NCBI RefSeq assembly: GCF_029029525.1
Contig: NZ_JAKJSC010000001.1
Span: forward strand, 1,802,987 to 1,834,986
DNA from: Paralabilibaculum antarcticum
GTDB lineage: Bacteria > Bacteroidota > Bacteroidia > Bacteroidales > Marinifilaceae
Direction of reading: 5' to 3'
Length of the DNA: 32,000 nucleotides
Numbering within the stretch: the stretch's first letter is position 1; the number at the start of each line of letters is the position of its first letter. Position numbers and translations under genes: made by a program. The notes under the pieces were generated by a model. That model saw nothing but the letters and a program-made list of their open reading frames with translations, had not been told where the DNA came from and did no database searches. This document shows, one piece after another, positions 8,374-20,652 of the stretch.

Positions 8374-9672
8374 ATGAAAAAGCACATAATCAAATCAATT
8401 TGTTTACTCTTCCTTCTTAGTTTGGGTTTATCAAATAGCTTACTCGCTAAATCAAAATCTCTTGAAGAGAAACTAAAACAAATTCCCAATGTTAGCGTTC
8501 AAAAAATAAAGGGAGATACTACTTTCGCTAGCTATTTTGAATTGTATTTCACTCAAGCATTGGACCATAACAATCCAGATGCGGGAACCTTTCAACAACG
8601 CGTACTTCTAGGGCATCATAGTATTGATCGACCTATGGTAGTGGAAATTGAAGGCTATCAAATTTGGTCGGAGAAAGCAGGTGAATTAAGTAAATTATTA
8701 AAAGCAAATCAACTAACCATCGAGCATCGCTATTTCAAAAATTCCATGCCTGATAGTATAGATTGGCAATATTTGAACATTAAACAGGCTGCAGCCGATC
8801 AACATGTGATCATTCAGGCTTTAAAAAAGATCTACAAAGAAAAGTGGATCACAACTGGAATCAGTAAAGGTGGGCAGACAACCATGTATCATCGTTACTT
8901 TTATCCTAATGATGTAGAGGTTAGTGTACCCTATGTGGCTCCTCTTAATTTAGCTCGTGAAGACAAACGAATACATGAACATTTGGCAAGTGTTGGAAAA
9001 AAAGAAACCCGAGATAAGATTTATCAATTTCAATTGGCTTGTTTCAAAAACAAAGAAAAGCTACTCACCATAGCCGAATCTCATGCCAAAGAAAAAAAGT
9101 ATTCTTTCTTGATGGGATTGGAAAAAGCTTTGGATTTAAGTATTCTTGAATATCCTTTTGCATATTGGCAATGGGGAGGAATTACTTTCTACAACATTCC
9201 AGATGAAAATGCTAGCGTTAATGAATTGTTTGAGCACCTTATAAAAGTTTCAGGCATGGATTTCTTCGATGAAATAAGCTTGAAACCCAGTCTTGCATTT
9301 TATCATCAGGCATTAAGCGAAATTGGAATGTACAGCTATGAAATTGTTCCATTCAAAGAATATTTGAATTACAAAGACGATTTGACCTTCGATCATGTTT
9401 TTCCGAATGAACCTATTCGAAAATTTGATGCCTCATCGATGGTTAAAATTAACAAATGGCTGCAAACAGATGCTGAAAAAATACTTTTCATCTATGGGGA
9501 ATATGATACTTGGTCGGCAACTGCTGTTAACCTAAAAGAAAACAACAAATGCCAAAAATTTGTAAACCCGGAAGGTTCTCACAAAACAAGAATCAAAAGC
9601 TTCCCGGAGGAAATGCAGAAAGAAATCGTATCTACCTTAGAAGCTTGGCTCGATCTTAAAATACAAAAATAA
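8374..9672 (+). CDS. Secreted alpha/beta-hydrolase-fold serine peptidase, S28/S37-like, 432 aa
   Basis: It has a type I signal peptide (LSLGLSNSLLA|KS). An S28-style N-terminal motif is present (YFTQALDHNNPDAGTFQQRVLL). A nucleophile elbow G-I-S-K-G-G fits GxSxG. It starts 17 bp after pepP. The choice between S28 and S37 is from memory and unresolved. Confidence 0.7.
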   Translation: MKKHIIKSICLLFLLSLGLSNSLLAKSKSLEEKLKQIPNVSVQKIKGDTTFASYFELYFTQALDHNNPDAGTFQQRVLLGHHSIDRPMVVEIEGYQIWSEKAGELSKLLKANQLTIEHRYFKNSMPDSIDWQYLNIKQAAADQHVIIQALKKIYKEKWITTGISKGGQTTMYHRYFYPNDVEVSVPYVAPLNLAREDKRIHEHLASVGKKETRDKIYQFQLACFKNKEKLLTIAESHAKEKKYSFLMGLEKALDLSILEYPFAYWQWGGITFYNIPDENASVNELFEHLIKVSGMDFFDEISLKPSLAFYHQALSEIGMYSYEIVPFKEYLNYKDDLTFDHVFPNEPIRKFDASSMVKINKWLQTDAEKILFIYGEYDTWSATAVNLKENNKCQKFVNPEGSHKTRIKSFPEEMQKEIVSTLEAWLDLKIQK

Positions 9673-9749
9673 CAATCAAGAATCATAACTAGCATTAGGA
9701 TTCTTCTTTTGAGAAGGAGGTTTCGGAATAGCCCTCTGAGACCTCCTGA

Positions 9750-12932
<3,183 letters not shown>

Positions 12933-12937
12933 GAATC

Positions 12938-14971
12938 ATGAGACAAATAATATCAAAATTATACTTGCCATTTTGCTTGCTGATGTCATTTTCAGCCTGT
13001 GTTGAAAAAGAAGCGATTGATTCAAAAGCTGATTTGCAGGAAATTTATTCCAATGTTCTGAACATATCAGGTATACCTCAGGAGCAATTCAAATTGGATG
13101 CATTCGGCTTTTCCGATTTGGGTGCTTGGCATGGATATGCATTACCACATCAAGATAGTACATCCTATTATGGTGGATTTTCTGGTCCATTGAGCATGAA
13201 AATGTGGGGCCAATGGCTAAGCAAGAGCATTAGTCAGCTAGAAGTAACTAATGCTCAAACAAATGAACCAATAGATTTGAGTAAGGCGAAAGCCGAAATG
13301 ACCTACAATCCAGGCTTATTACAACAAACATTGAAGGTTCAGGACTTAAGCATTACCATTAAATTAATTTTTGTAAGTAATCGTACCTCTTTACTGCAAA
13401 CCAAAATTTTTAATCATTCTGAAAAGGAATTAAACCTTTACATTGGATGGAAGGGACAGCTTTTTGAAAAGGGCTTACAATTGAAAGAAACCACTTTGGG
13501 CATTAAAGTTGCGTTTGAAAACAGTGAGGAAGAATTTATAATTCAGACCGATAAAACCAAGGATGTAATAATATCTAAAGATCAACTTTCTTATAGAATG
13601 ATTTTAAAGGACAGACTTGAAATCCCAGCTGGTAAATCAAATACAATAAACCTTCTTCACTCTCACTATTTTAATAAACAAGAGGCGCTTGCAGAAAGTT
13701 CTAAAACGGAAGAATACCTATACAATTCACAAAATGCATTTACAGACAACAAAACACGTTGGAACAAATACCTAAGCAATGCATTATCGAGTAAAAGTTC
13801 ATTGTTAGAAAAGAAAGAGAATAGAAAGCTGGCGGTAAAATGCGTGCAAACCTTACTTACCAACTGGCGATCACCAGCGGGTGATCTACAACACTCTGGT
13901 GTTTTTCCGTCAGCAGCTTATCAAGGTTTTTATGGATTCTGGTCTTGGGACTCATGGAAACAGGCTGTTGCTCTTGTAAGATTCAATCCTGAACTTGCAA
14001 AAAGTAACCTTCGCTCTATGTTCCAATATCAGGATGATATGGGTATGGTTGCCGACTGTGTATATTTTGATCCCAAAGAAAATAATTGGCGCGACACCAA
14101 AGCACCATTGGCTAGCTGGGCTGTTTTAGAAATCTATAAAGCAACTTCTGATCTTGAGTTTGTGAAAGAAATGTATCCTAAATTGGTGAAATATCATAAA
14201 TGGTGGTATCAATATCGTGATCACGACCAAAATGGCTTATGCGAATATGGTTCAACCGATGGTACTCTTATCGCAGCTAAATGGGAATCAGGTATGGACA
14301 ATGCGGTTCGCTTTGATGATTCAAAAATGCTTAAGAACAACAAGAACGGATGGTCTATGAATCAGGAATCAGTAGATCTTAACGCTTATTTGCAAGCTGA
14401 GAAAGAACAATTGGTCAAGCTTGCAAACTTGTTGGACAAATCGGAAGAAGCCCAAAAACTAAGTAAGCAGGCCAATAATTTAAAAGAGCGAATTGCCAAC
14501 GAATTCTACGATACAGAAGAAGGTTTTTTCTACGATAGAGAAATTATAAGTGGCAAACTCTTAACTGTACAACAAGGACCCGAAGGCTGGATTCCTCTTT
14601 ACACAAACATTGCGAATCAAGAGCAAGCAAATGGTGTTGTAAAGTTACTGACCGATACTACTAAATTCAATACAAAAGTTCCTTTCCCTACCCTAGTAGC
14701 CGATCACAAAAAATTCAATCCGCTTAAAGGCTATTGGAGAGGCCCAGTTTGGTTAGATCAGGCTTACTTTGGTATTAAATCGCTAGAACTATATGGCTAC
14801 ACTAAAGAAGCAGATCTATTAAGTCAGAAATTGTTGCAAAATGCTGAGGGTCTACTTCAGGATGCACCAATTAGAGAAAACTACCACCCTATAAGTGGTA
14901 AAGGATTAAATGCTAACCACTTTTCCTGGTCAGCAGCTCATTATTTGATGCTATTGACAGATGAAGACTAA
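12938..14971 (+). CDS. GH63-like (alpha/alpha)6-barrel glycosidase (YgjK/MGH1-like), probable lipoprotein, 677 aa
   Basis: A lipobox is present (LLMSFSAC). The motifs GFWSWDSWKQA, KWESGMDNAVRFD, GYWRGPVWLDQAYF and ENYHPISGKGLNANHFSWSAAHYL are characteristic of the GH63/GH37-type six-hairpin clan as I remember it. It starts 5 bp after the lacZ stop. Confidence 0.78.
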   Translation: MRQIISKLYLPFCLLMSFSACVEKEAIDSKADLQEIYSNVLNISGIPQEQFKLDAFGFSDLGAWHGYALPHQDSTSYYGGFSGPLSMKMWGQWLSKSISQLEVTNAQTNEPIDLSKAKAEMTYNPGLLQQTLKVQDLSITIKLIFVSNRTSLLQTKIFNHSEKELNLYIGWKGQLFEKGLQLKETTLGIKVAFENSEEEFIIQTDKTKDVIISKDQLSYRMILKDRLEIPAGKSNTINLLHSHYFNKQEALAESSKTEEYLYNSQNAFTDNKTRWNKYLSNALSSKSSLLEKKENRKLAVKCVQTLLTNWRSPAGDLQHSGVFPSAAYQGFYGFWSWDSWKQAVALVRFNPELAKSNLRSMFQYQDDMGMVADCVYFDPKENNWRDTKAPLASWAVLEIYKATSDLEFVKEMYPKLVKYHKWWYQYRDHDQNGLCEYGSTDGTLIAAKWESGMDNAVRFDDSKMLKNNKNGWSMNQESVDLNAYLQAEKEQLVKLANLLDKSEEAQKLSKQANNLKERIANEFYDTEEGFFYDREIISGKLLTVQQGPEGWIPLYTNIANQEQANGVVKLLTDTTKFNTKVPFPTLVADHKKFNPLKGYWRGPVWLDQAYFGIKSLELYGYTKEADLLSQKLLQNAEGLLQDAPIRENYHPISGKGLNANHFSWSAAHYLMLLTDED

Positions 14972-14973
14972 TT

Positions 14974-15008
14974 AAAAAAGCGGATGTTCTGTACAGAACA
15001 TCCGCTTT
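14974..15008. terminator. Bidirectional rho-independent terminator between convergent genes
   Basis: Perfect 12-bp stem GCGGATGTTCTG/CAGAACATCCGC (14980-15005) with a 2-nt loop. It is flanked by AAAAAA on the left and TTT on the right. It lies between the stop at 14971 (+) and the stop at 15028 (-). Confidence 0.8.
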
Positions 15009-15027
15009 GTCATTTATGACTTAAAAA

Positions 15028-17859
15028 TTAAATCTCTTTAAGCTCTGGAGACATTACCACCTCTATTTTAGCTGGTTTAGCAAAGTATTTCTTTGCAAAT
15101 GCTTCCACTTTTTCTTTTGATATTTCATTGATCATTTCCTCATAAGCCTCAACAGTCTTAACGCTCTCACCGTATTCATAGTAACGATTTATTGCATTAA
15201 TCCAATAGCCATTCTTACGAAGATTTTCCTGGTATTCCTTAATGAAATTTTTCTTGGTTTCATTCAAATCATCTTCTTTTACTCCACTAGTAAACAACTC
15301 GCTAACCTCATTGTAAACAATAGTTTTTAGCTTATCTGCCTTAGCTGGATCGGTATCAAAACGAATTAATAAATTATACTCTTCACGAGGAAATTTATCA
15401 ACAGATGCTCTTACTCCAACTCCGTACGATCCACCTTCTTTTTCACGAATCACTTCAAGGTATCTTTTACTAAGTAGTTCAGCCACAACATCCATCATAA
15501 TAGAATTCTCTTTCGAGTATTTAATATCTCCGTGAAAATCGATATTAATGGTTGTTTTAGGAGTTTCCATTTGTCTAACAAAATGATTGAAAGCATCTTT
15601 TTCAGGGTATCCTACGCCATTATCTTTCCAATTTTCTTTACGATCGATATCTTTAATGCTACCAATATAAGTCTCGATTAAAGGCTTAGCTTTTTCAGCA
15701 TCAATATTTCCAACAAAAACGAAAGTAAAATCACTTGCATCAACAAAACGTTCCTTATATACACGCTCCATGGTAGCCAAGTTTAATTTGCTAATCATAT
15801 CTGTGTTAAACAAGATCGTACGAGCATCATGATTAGTAGAAGTCATTGCTACAGAATCACCAAATACCTTATTTACATCGGATCCCATATTGGCTACGTA
15901 AGCCATATATCTACTTTTTAATGCAGTAAAAGCATCTTCATCGAATCTTGGTTGTTCGAAATACATATGCACCAATTGCAGCAAAGTTTCAAAATCTTTA
16001 ACCGAAGAATTTCCATTAAAACCTTCAGATAATTCTCCAATATATGGCGAAACGCGAACTTCTTTACCTGTAAGTAATTTTTTAAGGCTTGTTTGGTCAA
16101 ATTTACCCAAACCAAAATTTGAAATAAATCCACCAGTCATTTCTGCAGAAGCTAAATCCTCAACATTATACAGCGAATTTCCACCTTTACTAAAAGCTTT
16201 CAAGCGAATTTCATTCTCTTTGAAATTAGTCTTTTTAAGCACAACTGTAGCACCATTTGCCAACTTCCATTCTGTGGCATCAAAAGCATTTAATTTAGCT
16301 TCTTTTGTTACCGAACCAAGCTCTGGTAATTCAGCAATTAAGGGTTCGTTAATTACCTTGTCTTCGTAAGGCTCTAGTTCTGCATTTCTAACTTTTTTAA
16401 CGATTGCAAGCAATTGTTCTTCAGTTGGCAATTGCAATCCTTCCTTCTCAGGTGCTGATAAAGTTATAACTACATTCTCCTTTGTAACCCATCCTTTAGA
16501 AATTGCATTCACTTCATCTGCACTAATTCCAGGCAACAATTTCTGCATTGCCATAAATTCAAACTCAATACCAGGAGCAGGCTCATTGGTAAGATAGTTT
16601 TGCTTGTACTCACGAACCAATCGATCGTTATGTTGCTTGTTACGTTCCTGATATTGCTTTTCAACTTGACTCAGCATAGCAGTCTTCGCTCTTTCTAATT
16701 CAGAGGCAACAACTCCATATCTATTTGCTCTTTCAGCTTCCTTTAAAAAGACTTCAATACCTCCAATAATATTATCCTCTTTAAGAGTTACACTATTGTG
16801 ATAAACATCCATTTTTCTTGCTTTGTTGTAGTAAGCTCCAAATGCATTAATAAACGGAGCATTCCCTTTCTGTAGCAATTCATTTAAACGATTACCAAGA
16901 ATTGTTGATTGAAGATCTGCGATAAGAAGTTCACGATAGTATTTCATATTCTTTTCAACAAAAGGGGTTGCCTCATGTTTGTATAAAATATCAAATCTTA
17001 AGCTACTCAATTCTTTATCAGTAATAACTCCAACAATAGGTTCCTGATTATCTGGTACTGGATAATAAACTCTTTCTTTAGGATTTTTAACAGCAGGAAT
17101 ATGAGCAAACATTTCCTTAATCTTCATTTCAAATTTCTCTGCATCAACATCCCCAACAACAACAATCGCCTGTAAATCGGTACGATACCAGTCGTGGTAA
17201 AAATCCTTTATCACCTGATGATCAAAATTATCAATTACATCAAGACTACCAATTACATCGCGTTTCGCATATTTTGACCCTTTGTAAATGAGTTTATTTT
17301 GTTCTAAATAAACGCGCATTCCTCCAGATCTACGTGTTCTCCATTCTTCATGAATGACACCGCGTTCATTATCTATCTCCTCGCCTTCTAAACTCAAGTA
17401 ATTCGACCAATCATGCAATACCAAAAGTGCCGAATCTAATAAGTTTTCATTTGAAGTAGGAATATTACTTAGATTGTAAACAGTTTCATCAACATTTGTA
17501 TAAGCATTAATGTTTCTACCAAAAGCAACTCCGTATTTTTCTAAATAATTTAAGACTCCCTTTCCTGGGAAATTTTTTGTGCCATTAAAAGCCATATGCT
17601 CCAAGAAATGGGCTAATCCATTCTGATCATCATTTTCTAAAATCGCACCTACATTTTGAACAATGTAAAAGCTGGCCCGATCTTTAGGTTCTTCATTGTG
17701 ACGAACGTAATAGGTTAATCCATTATCTAATTTTCCCGTCCGCACATTCGGATCCATCGGAATTTTAGCATCCATACCACTTTGAGCTGATAGCATTCCT
17801 GTTGCTGTCAAAACGCAAGCAGCACAAAGGCTGATTTTACTAAATAAATACTTAATCAT
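15028..17859 (-). CDS. Secreted M16 (pitrilysin/insulinase) family zinc peptidase, two-halves architecture, 943 aa
   Basis: The inverted zinc motif HxxEH is present in GLAHFLEHMAFNG, with a downstream Glu region (ERGVIHEEW). It has an SPI signal peptide (GMLSA|QS). The length fits fused active plus inactive M16 halves. Confidence 0.92.
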   Translation of the reverse strand: MIKYLFSKISLCAACVLTATGMLSAQSGMDAKIPMDPNVRTGKLDNGLTYYVRHNEEPKDRASFYIVQNVGAILENDDQNGLAHFLEHMAFNGTKNFPGKGVLNYLEKYGVAFGRNINAYTNVDETVYNLSNIPTSNENLLDSALLVLHDWSNYLSLEGEEIDNERGVIHEEWRTRRSGGMRVYLEQNKLIYKGSKYAKRDVIGSLDVIDNFDHQVIKDFYHDWYRTDLQAIVVVGDVDAEKFEMKIKEMFAHIPAVKNPKERVYYPVPDNQEPIVGVITDKELSSLRFDILYKHEATPFVEKNMKYYRELLIADLQSTILGNRLNELLQKGNAPFINAFGAYYNKARKMDVYHNSVTLKEDNIIGGIEVFLKEAERANRYGVVASELERAKTAMLSQVEKQYQERNKQHNDRLVREYKQNYLTNEPAPGIEFEFMAMQKLLPGISADEVNAISKGWVTKENVVITLSAPEKEGLQLPTEEQLLAIVKKVRNAELEPYEDKVINEPLIAELPELGSVTKEAKLNAFDATEWKLANGATVVLKKTNFKENEIRLKAFSKGGNSLYNVEDLASAEMTGGFISNFGLGKFDQTSLKKLLTGKEVRVSPYIGELSEGFNGNSSVKDFETLLQLVHMYFEQPRFDEDAFTALKSRYMAYVANMGSDVNKVFGDSVAMTSTNHDARTILFNTDMISKLNLATMERVYKERFVDASDFTFVFVGNIDAEKAKPLIETYIGSIKDIDRKENWKDNGVGYPEKDAFNHFVRQMETPKTTINIDFHGDIKYSKENSIMMDVVAELLSKRYLEVIREKEGGSYGVGVRASVDKFPREEYNLLIRFDTDPAKADKLKTIVYNEVSELFTSGVKEDDLNETKKNFIKEYQENLRKNGYWINAINRYYEYGESVKTVEAYEEMINEISKEKVEAFAKKYFAKPAKIEVVMSPELKEI

Positions 17860-18103
17860 TTGTTATTCGTTTTAGTGATTTGATTTCATCTCCTACACAA
17901 CATAAGTGCAAGTTTTATCTAATTTAAACAAACATTTTATCACTTAACTAATTTATTAGTTATTTTTAACATTTTATTTTTATCACATTCACACAAAATA
18001 ATCCAAACACCCACAAAACACTACTATATTATCAATTAGCACTGACAAAATAAATATTTTAACAATTCAACTAAACAATATTTTCGTACAAGCAATATCA
18101 AAA

Positions 18104-18213
18104 CAGTATAAAATTTATTATTTATACTGTATACTAATAGTACTGAAATCAGTAAAAAATCACAATCAGTAAGCTAAGCTATTTTAGAAATAAATTCTTG
18201 CTCTTACTGATTG
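18104..18213. repeat. Cluster of CAGTA/TACTG-centred inverted and direct repeats (possible operator array or RNA structure)
   Basis: Read directly from the sequence. There is a 9-bp inverted repeat CAGTATAAA (18104-18112) / TTTATACTG (18121-18129). TACTGA-aa-TCAGTA lies at 18141-18154. An 11-bp inverted repeat CAATCAGTAAG (18163-18173) / CTTACTGATTG (18203-18213) follows. The 9-mer AATCAGTAA occurs at 18147 and 18164 (direct) and as its complement at 18204. Confidence 0.45.
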
Positions 18214-18225
18214 AATAATAGAAGC

Positions 18226-18255
18226 AAAAAAAGGAGCACCATAGGCGCTCCTTTT
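18226..18255 (-). terminator. Rho-independent terminator of the NfeD-flotillin operon
   Basis: Stem GGAGCACC/GGCGCTCC (18233-18251, one mismatch). It is preceded on the plus strand by A7, which is U7 on the minus-strand transcript, and followed by TTTT. It starts 22 bp past the flotillin stop. Confidence 0.7.
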
Positions 18256-18276
18256 CAATTCTATATCAGAAGATAT

Positions 18277-19695
18277 CTACTCTTCTGTTTTGTCTTCTTT
18301 ATCCGAAACATCTTCGAAAGCTACCGTATCGTCACCTTCTACTTTTTTACCAAGATAAGTTGGTAATTCCATTCCAGCCATTTTGAAAAGCTCTTCCATT
18401 GGAGGTATAGATCCCATCATTCCTTGCATAAAGTTGGCTGTAGATGTTTTTCCATCTTTTCCACCACCATTTTCCCAAACGGTAACCTTATCAATCTTGA
18501 TGTTTTTAATCGCTTCTACTTGAGTCGCAACTAATTCCGGTAATTTATCAGCAATCATTAACATTACTGCATCTTTAGCATCGTCGCCAGCAGCTTGAAC
18601 TAGCTTGTCAAAACCTTCCGCTTGCTTGCTCAAAATTTCATAAGTACCCTTACCTTCTGCTTCCATTTTCATGAAAATCGCATCTGCCTCACCTTTTGCA
18701 TGACGACGGGTTTGCTCAGCAATCGCCTCAGCAGCAATCTCAATTTTTTGTTTATCAATCTCAGCAGGTACCACAATATTAGCAGTCTGTGTTGCTTTAT
18801 CACGAGTTGCACGAGCATTTTCAGCCAATTGTTCAGCAGCATAAGCTTCCTCTAAAGCACGCGCCTGAGTTACTTTCTCAGCAGCTGAAGCCAAACGTTC
18901 TGCTTCCGCTTCTTTCTCTCTTCTACTAGCATCGGAATTAGCTACCGTAATTTTCGCTGTATTCTCTCCTTCTACTGCCGAAGCATCGGCTGCAGCAACC
19001 TGTACACGTTGTTCCTGATGTGCATTTGCCTCACCAATCGAACCATCACGGTTTTTCTCAGCAACACTTTTCTTAGCATCATTTATCGCTTTTGCAGCTG
19101 CTTCCTTACCCAAAGCCTGAATGTATCCCGACTCATCGTTGATATCGGTTACGTTCACATTGATCAGCTTCAAACCAATCTTATTCAATTCAGCTTCCAC
19201 ATTAGATGATACTGCTGCAAGGAATTTATCCCGGTTGCTATTGATTTCCTCAATATCCATGGTTGCAACAACCAAACGCAACTGACCGAAAATAATATCT
19301 TTCGCCAGGTTACTGATATCATCTTGAGATAAACCTAACAAGCGCTCTGCAGCATTGGTCATTACCCCTGACTCTGTAGAAATACCAACAGTAAATCGTG
19401 AAGGAACATCAACACGAATGTTCTGCTTACTTAAGGCATTCGTTAAATTAATTTCAATTGAAATTGGTGTTAAATCTAAAAATGCATAATCTTGAATAAC
19501 TGGCCAAATAAAGGCAGCTCCACCATGAATACATTTTGCTGAACGAGATTCTGTTCCAACCCCTTTACCAACTTTACCATACACAACCAATATTCGATCG
19601 GATGGACATCTTTTGTAACGTTTAAAAAACGAAACGATCATCACAAAGATGAAAATTGCCGCTGCGGCAAAAAGAAAAACTACATATTCTCCCAT
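18277..19695 (-). CDS. Flotillin-family SPFH-domain protein (FloT/YqiK-like), 472 aa
   Basis: It has an N-terminal membrane anchor (VVFLFAAAAIFIFVMIVSFF), then an SPFH core (RILVVYGKVG...ISIEINLTNALSKQNIRVDVPSRFTVGI). A long Ala/Glu-rich coiled-coil flotillin region follows (EAAAKAINDAKK...AEAERLASAAEK...EIAAEAIAEQ). Confidence 0.9.
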   Translation of the reverse strand: MGEYVVFLFAAAAIFIFVMIVSFFKRYKRCPSDRILVVYGKVGKGVGTESRSAKCIHGGAAFIWPVIQDYAFLDLTPISIEINLTNALSKQNIRVDVPSRFTVGISTESGVMTNAAERLLGLSQDDISNLAKDIIFGQLRLVVATMDIEEINSNRDKFLAAVSSNVEAELNKIGLKLINVNVTDINDESGYIQALGKEAAAKAINDAKKSVAEKNRDGSIGEANAHQEQRVQVAAADASAVEGENTAKITVANSDASRREKEAEAERLASAAEKVTQARALEEAYAAEQLAENARATRDKATQTANIVVPAEIDKQKIEIAAEAIAEQTRRHAKGEADAIFMKMEAEGKGTYEILSKQAEGFDKLVQAAGDDAKDAVMLMIADKLPELVATQVEAIKNIKIDKVTVWENGGGKDGKTSTANFMQGMMGSIPPMEELFKMAGMELPTYLGKKVEGDDTVAFEDVSDKEDKTEE

Positions 19696-19708
19696 AGTGT
19701 TTTATTAA

Positions 19709-20305
19709 TTAATTGAGTTTTACAACTAGAATTTGATTATTTAATATCTCTACCACTTCAACAATTGCTCCTGTTGGAATGTCTGTTTCATTATCAGTTA
19801 CTGCATCTAAAGTTTGAAATCCCTGAACTTGAATTTGAACTTTTCCCATACCTGCTCTTTTTGCAGGAATCGGCAGATATACACTCCCTGATTTACCAAT
19901 GGCATTTTTCATTTTCAAAGTACCATCTTCAACCAGTTTCCCCATAAAATACATGATAGAAGCCATGATCAACATCATTATTAATCCTGCTCCAGTAGCA
20001 ATTAAGGCAGAAATCCCTGGTCCAAATCCTGAATGAAGACAAATAATACCTGTCCATCCAAATATGGTGAAAAAGGCAATCAGGTTTTTAAGACTTAGAA
20101 ATTGAAAATCGATACCTCCATCAGTATCCACAGCTGTATCAGCATCTCCATCAACATCCATATCATCCACATCACCGCCAAAAAAGGTCAATACTGTTTG
20201 AATGACGAAAAAGAATGAAAAGAGAATGGCAATTCCCCAAAAAACTTGTTCAACCAAGTTCATGTCAGTCCACCAATTCGAAATAGTTAGAATCATAATT
20301 ATCAT
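19709..20305 (-). CDS. NfeD-like / YqiJ-like membrane protein (flotillin partner), 198 aa
   Basis: It ends 13 bp upstream of the flotillin gene. It has several TM segments and a C-terminal soluble OB-like tail (GKSGSVYLPIPAKRAGMGKVQIQVQGFQTLDAVTD...GAIVEVVEILNNQILVVK) typical of NfeD. The start is uncertain: ATGs at 20305 and 20296, and Met15 (MNLVEQ, about 20263), are all possible. Confidence 0.72.
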   Translation of the reverse strand: MIIMILTISNWWTDMNLVEQVFWGIAILFSFFFVIQTVLTFFGGDVDDMDVDGDADTAVDTDGGIDFQFLSLKNLIAFFTIFGWTGIICLHSGFGPGISALIATGAGLIMMLIMASIMYFMGKLVEDGTLKMKNAIGKSGSVYLPIPAKRAGMGKVQIQVQGFQTLDAVTDNETDIPTGAIVEVVEILNNQILVVKLN

Positions 20306-20652
20306 TTTTTATTTGTCTCAAAATACCAATAAATATTCACCTAGAAGCTATTATGCTTAATAGATTTATTCTTTTTAGTCGTAACTAAAATTTCACATGT
20401 TTTTAATGGATTTTTAGGGGATAAAAGTGGAGAGATATTTTATAGAAAAAATTAAAAATAGAGCGATGGTATCTTTTAACTTAGAATGCTTTTAAAATAA
20501 GTTCTATTTTACAATGCGTTAATTAATAGTATTAGATTTAAATACATGTTACTACAAAAATAAAACGTGTATTAAATAATTTTACACATCTTAAAAGTTT
20601 GAATAATGAGAAAAAACATCCTAAATGTTAAAATCAATCCTAAACAAGATCT

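Noticed and set aside
18277-19695. The flotillin gene looks more GC-rich than its neighbours, which could suggest horizontal acquisition.
   Set aside because: The excess is explained by the long Ala/Glu/Gln-rich coiled-coil region (GCN/GAR codons). I did not compute composition, and nothing else supports foreign origin: there is no integrase, tRNA or IS element.
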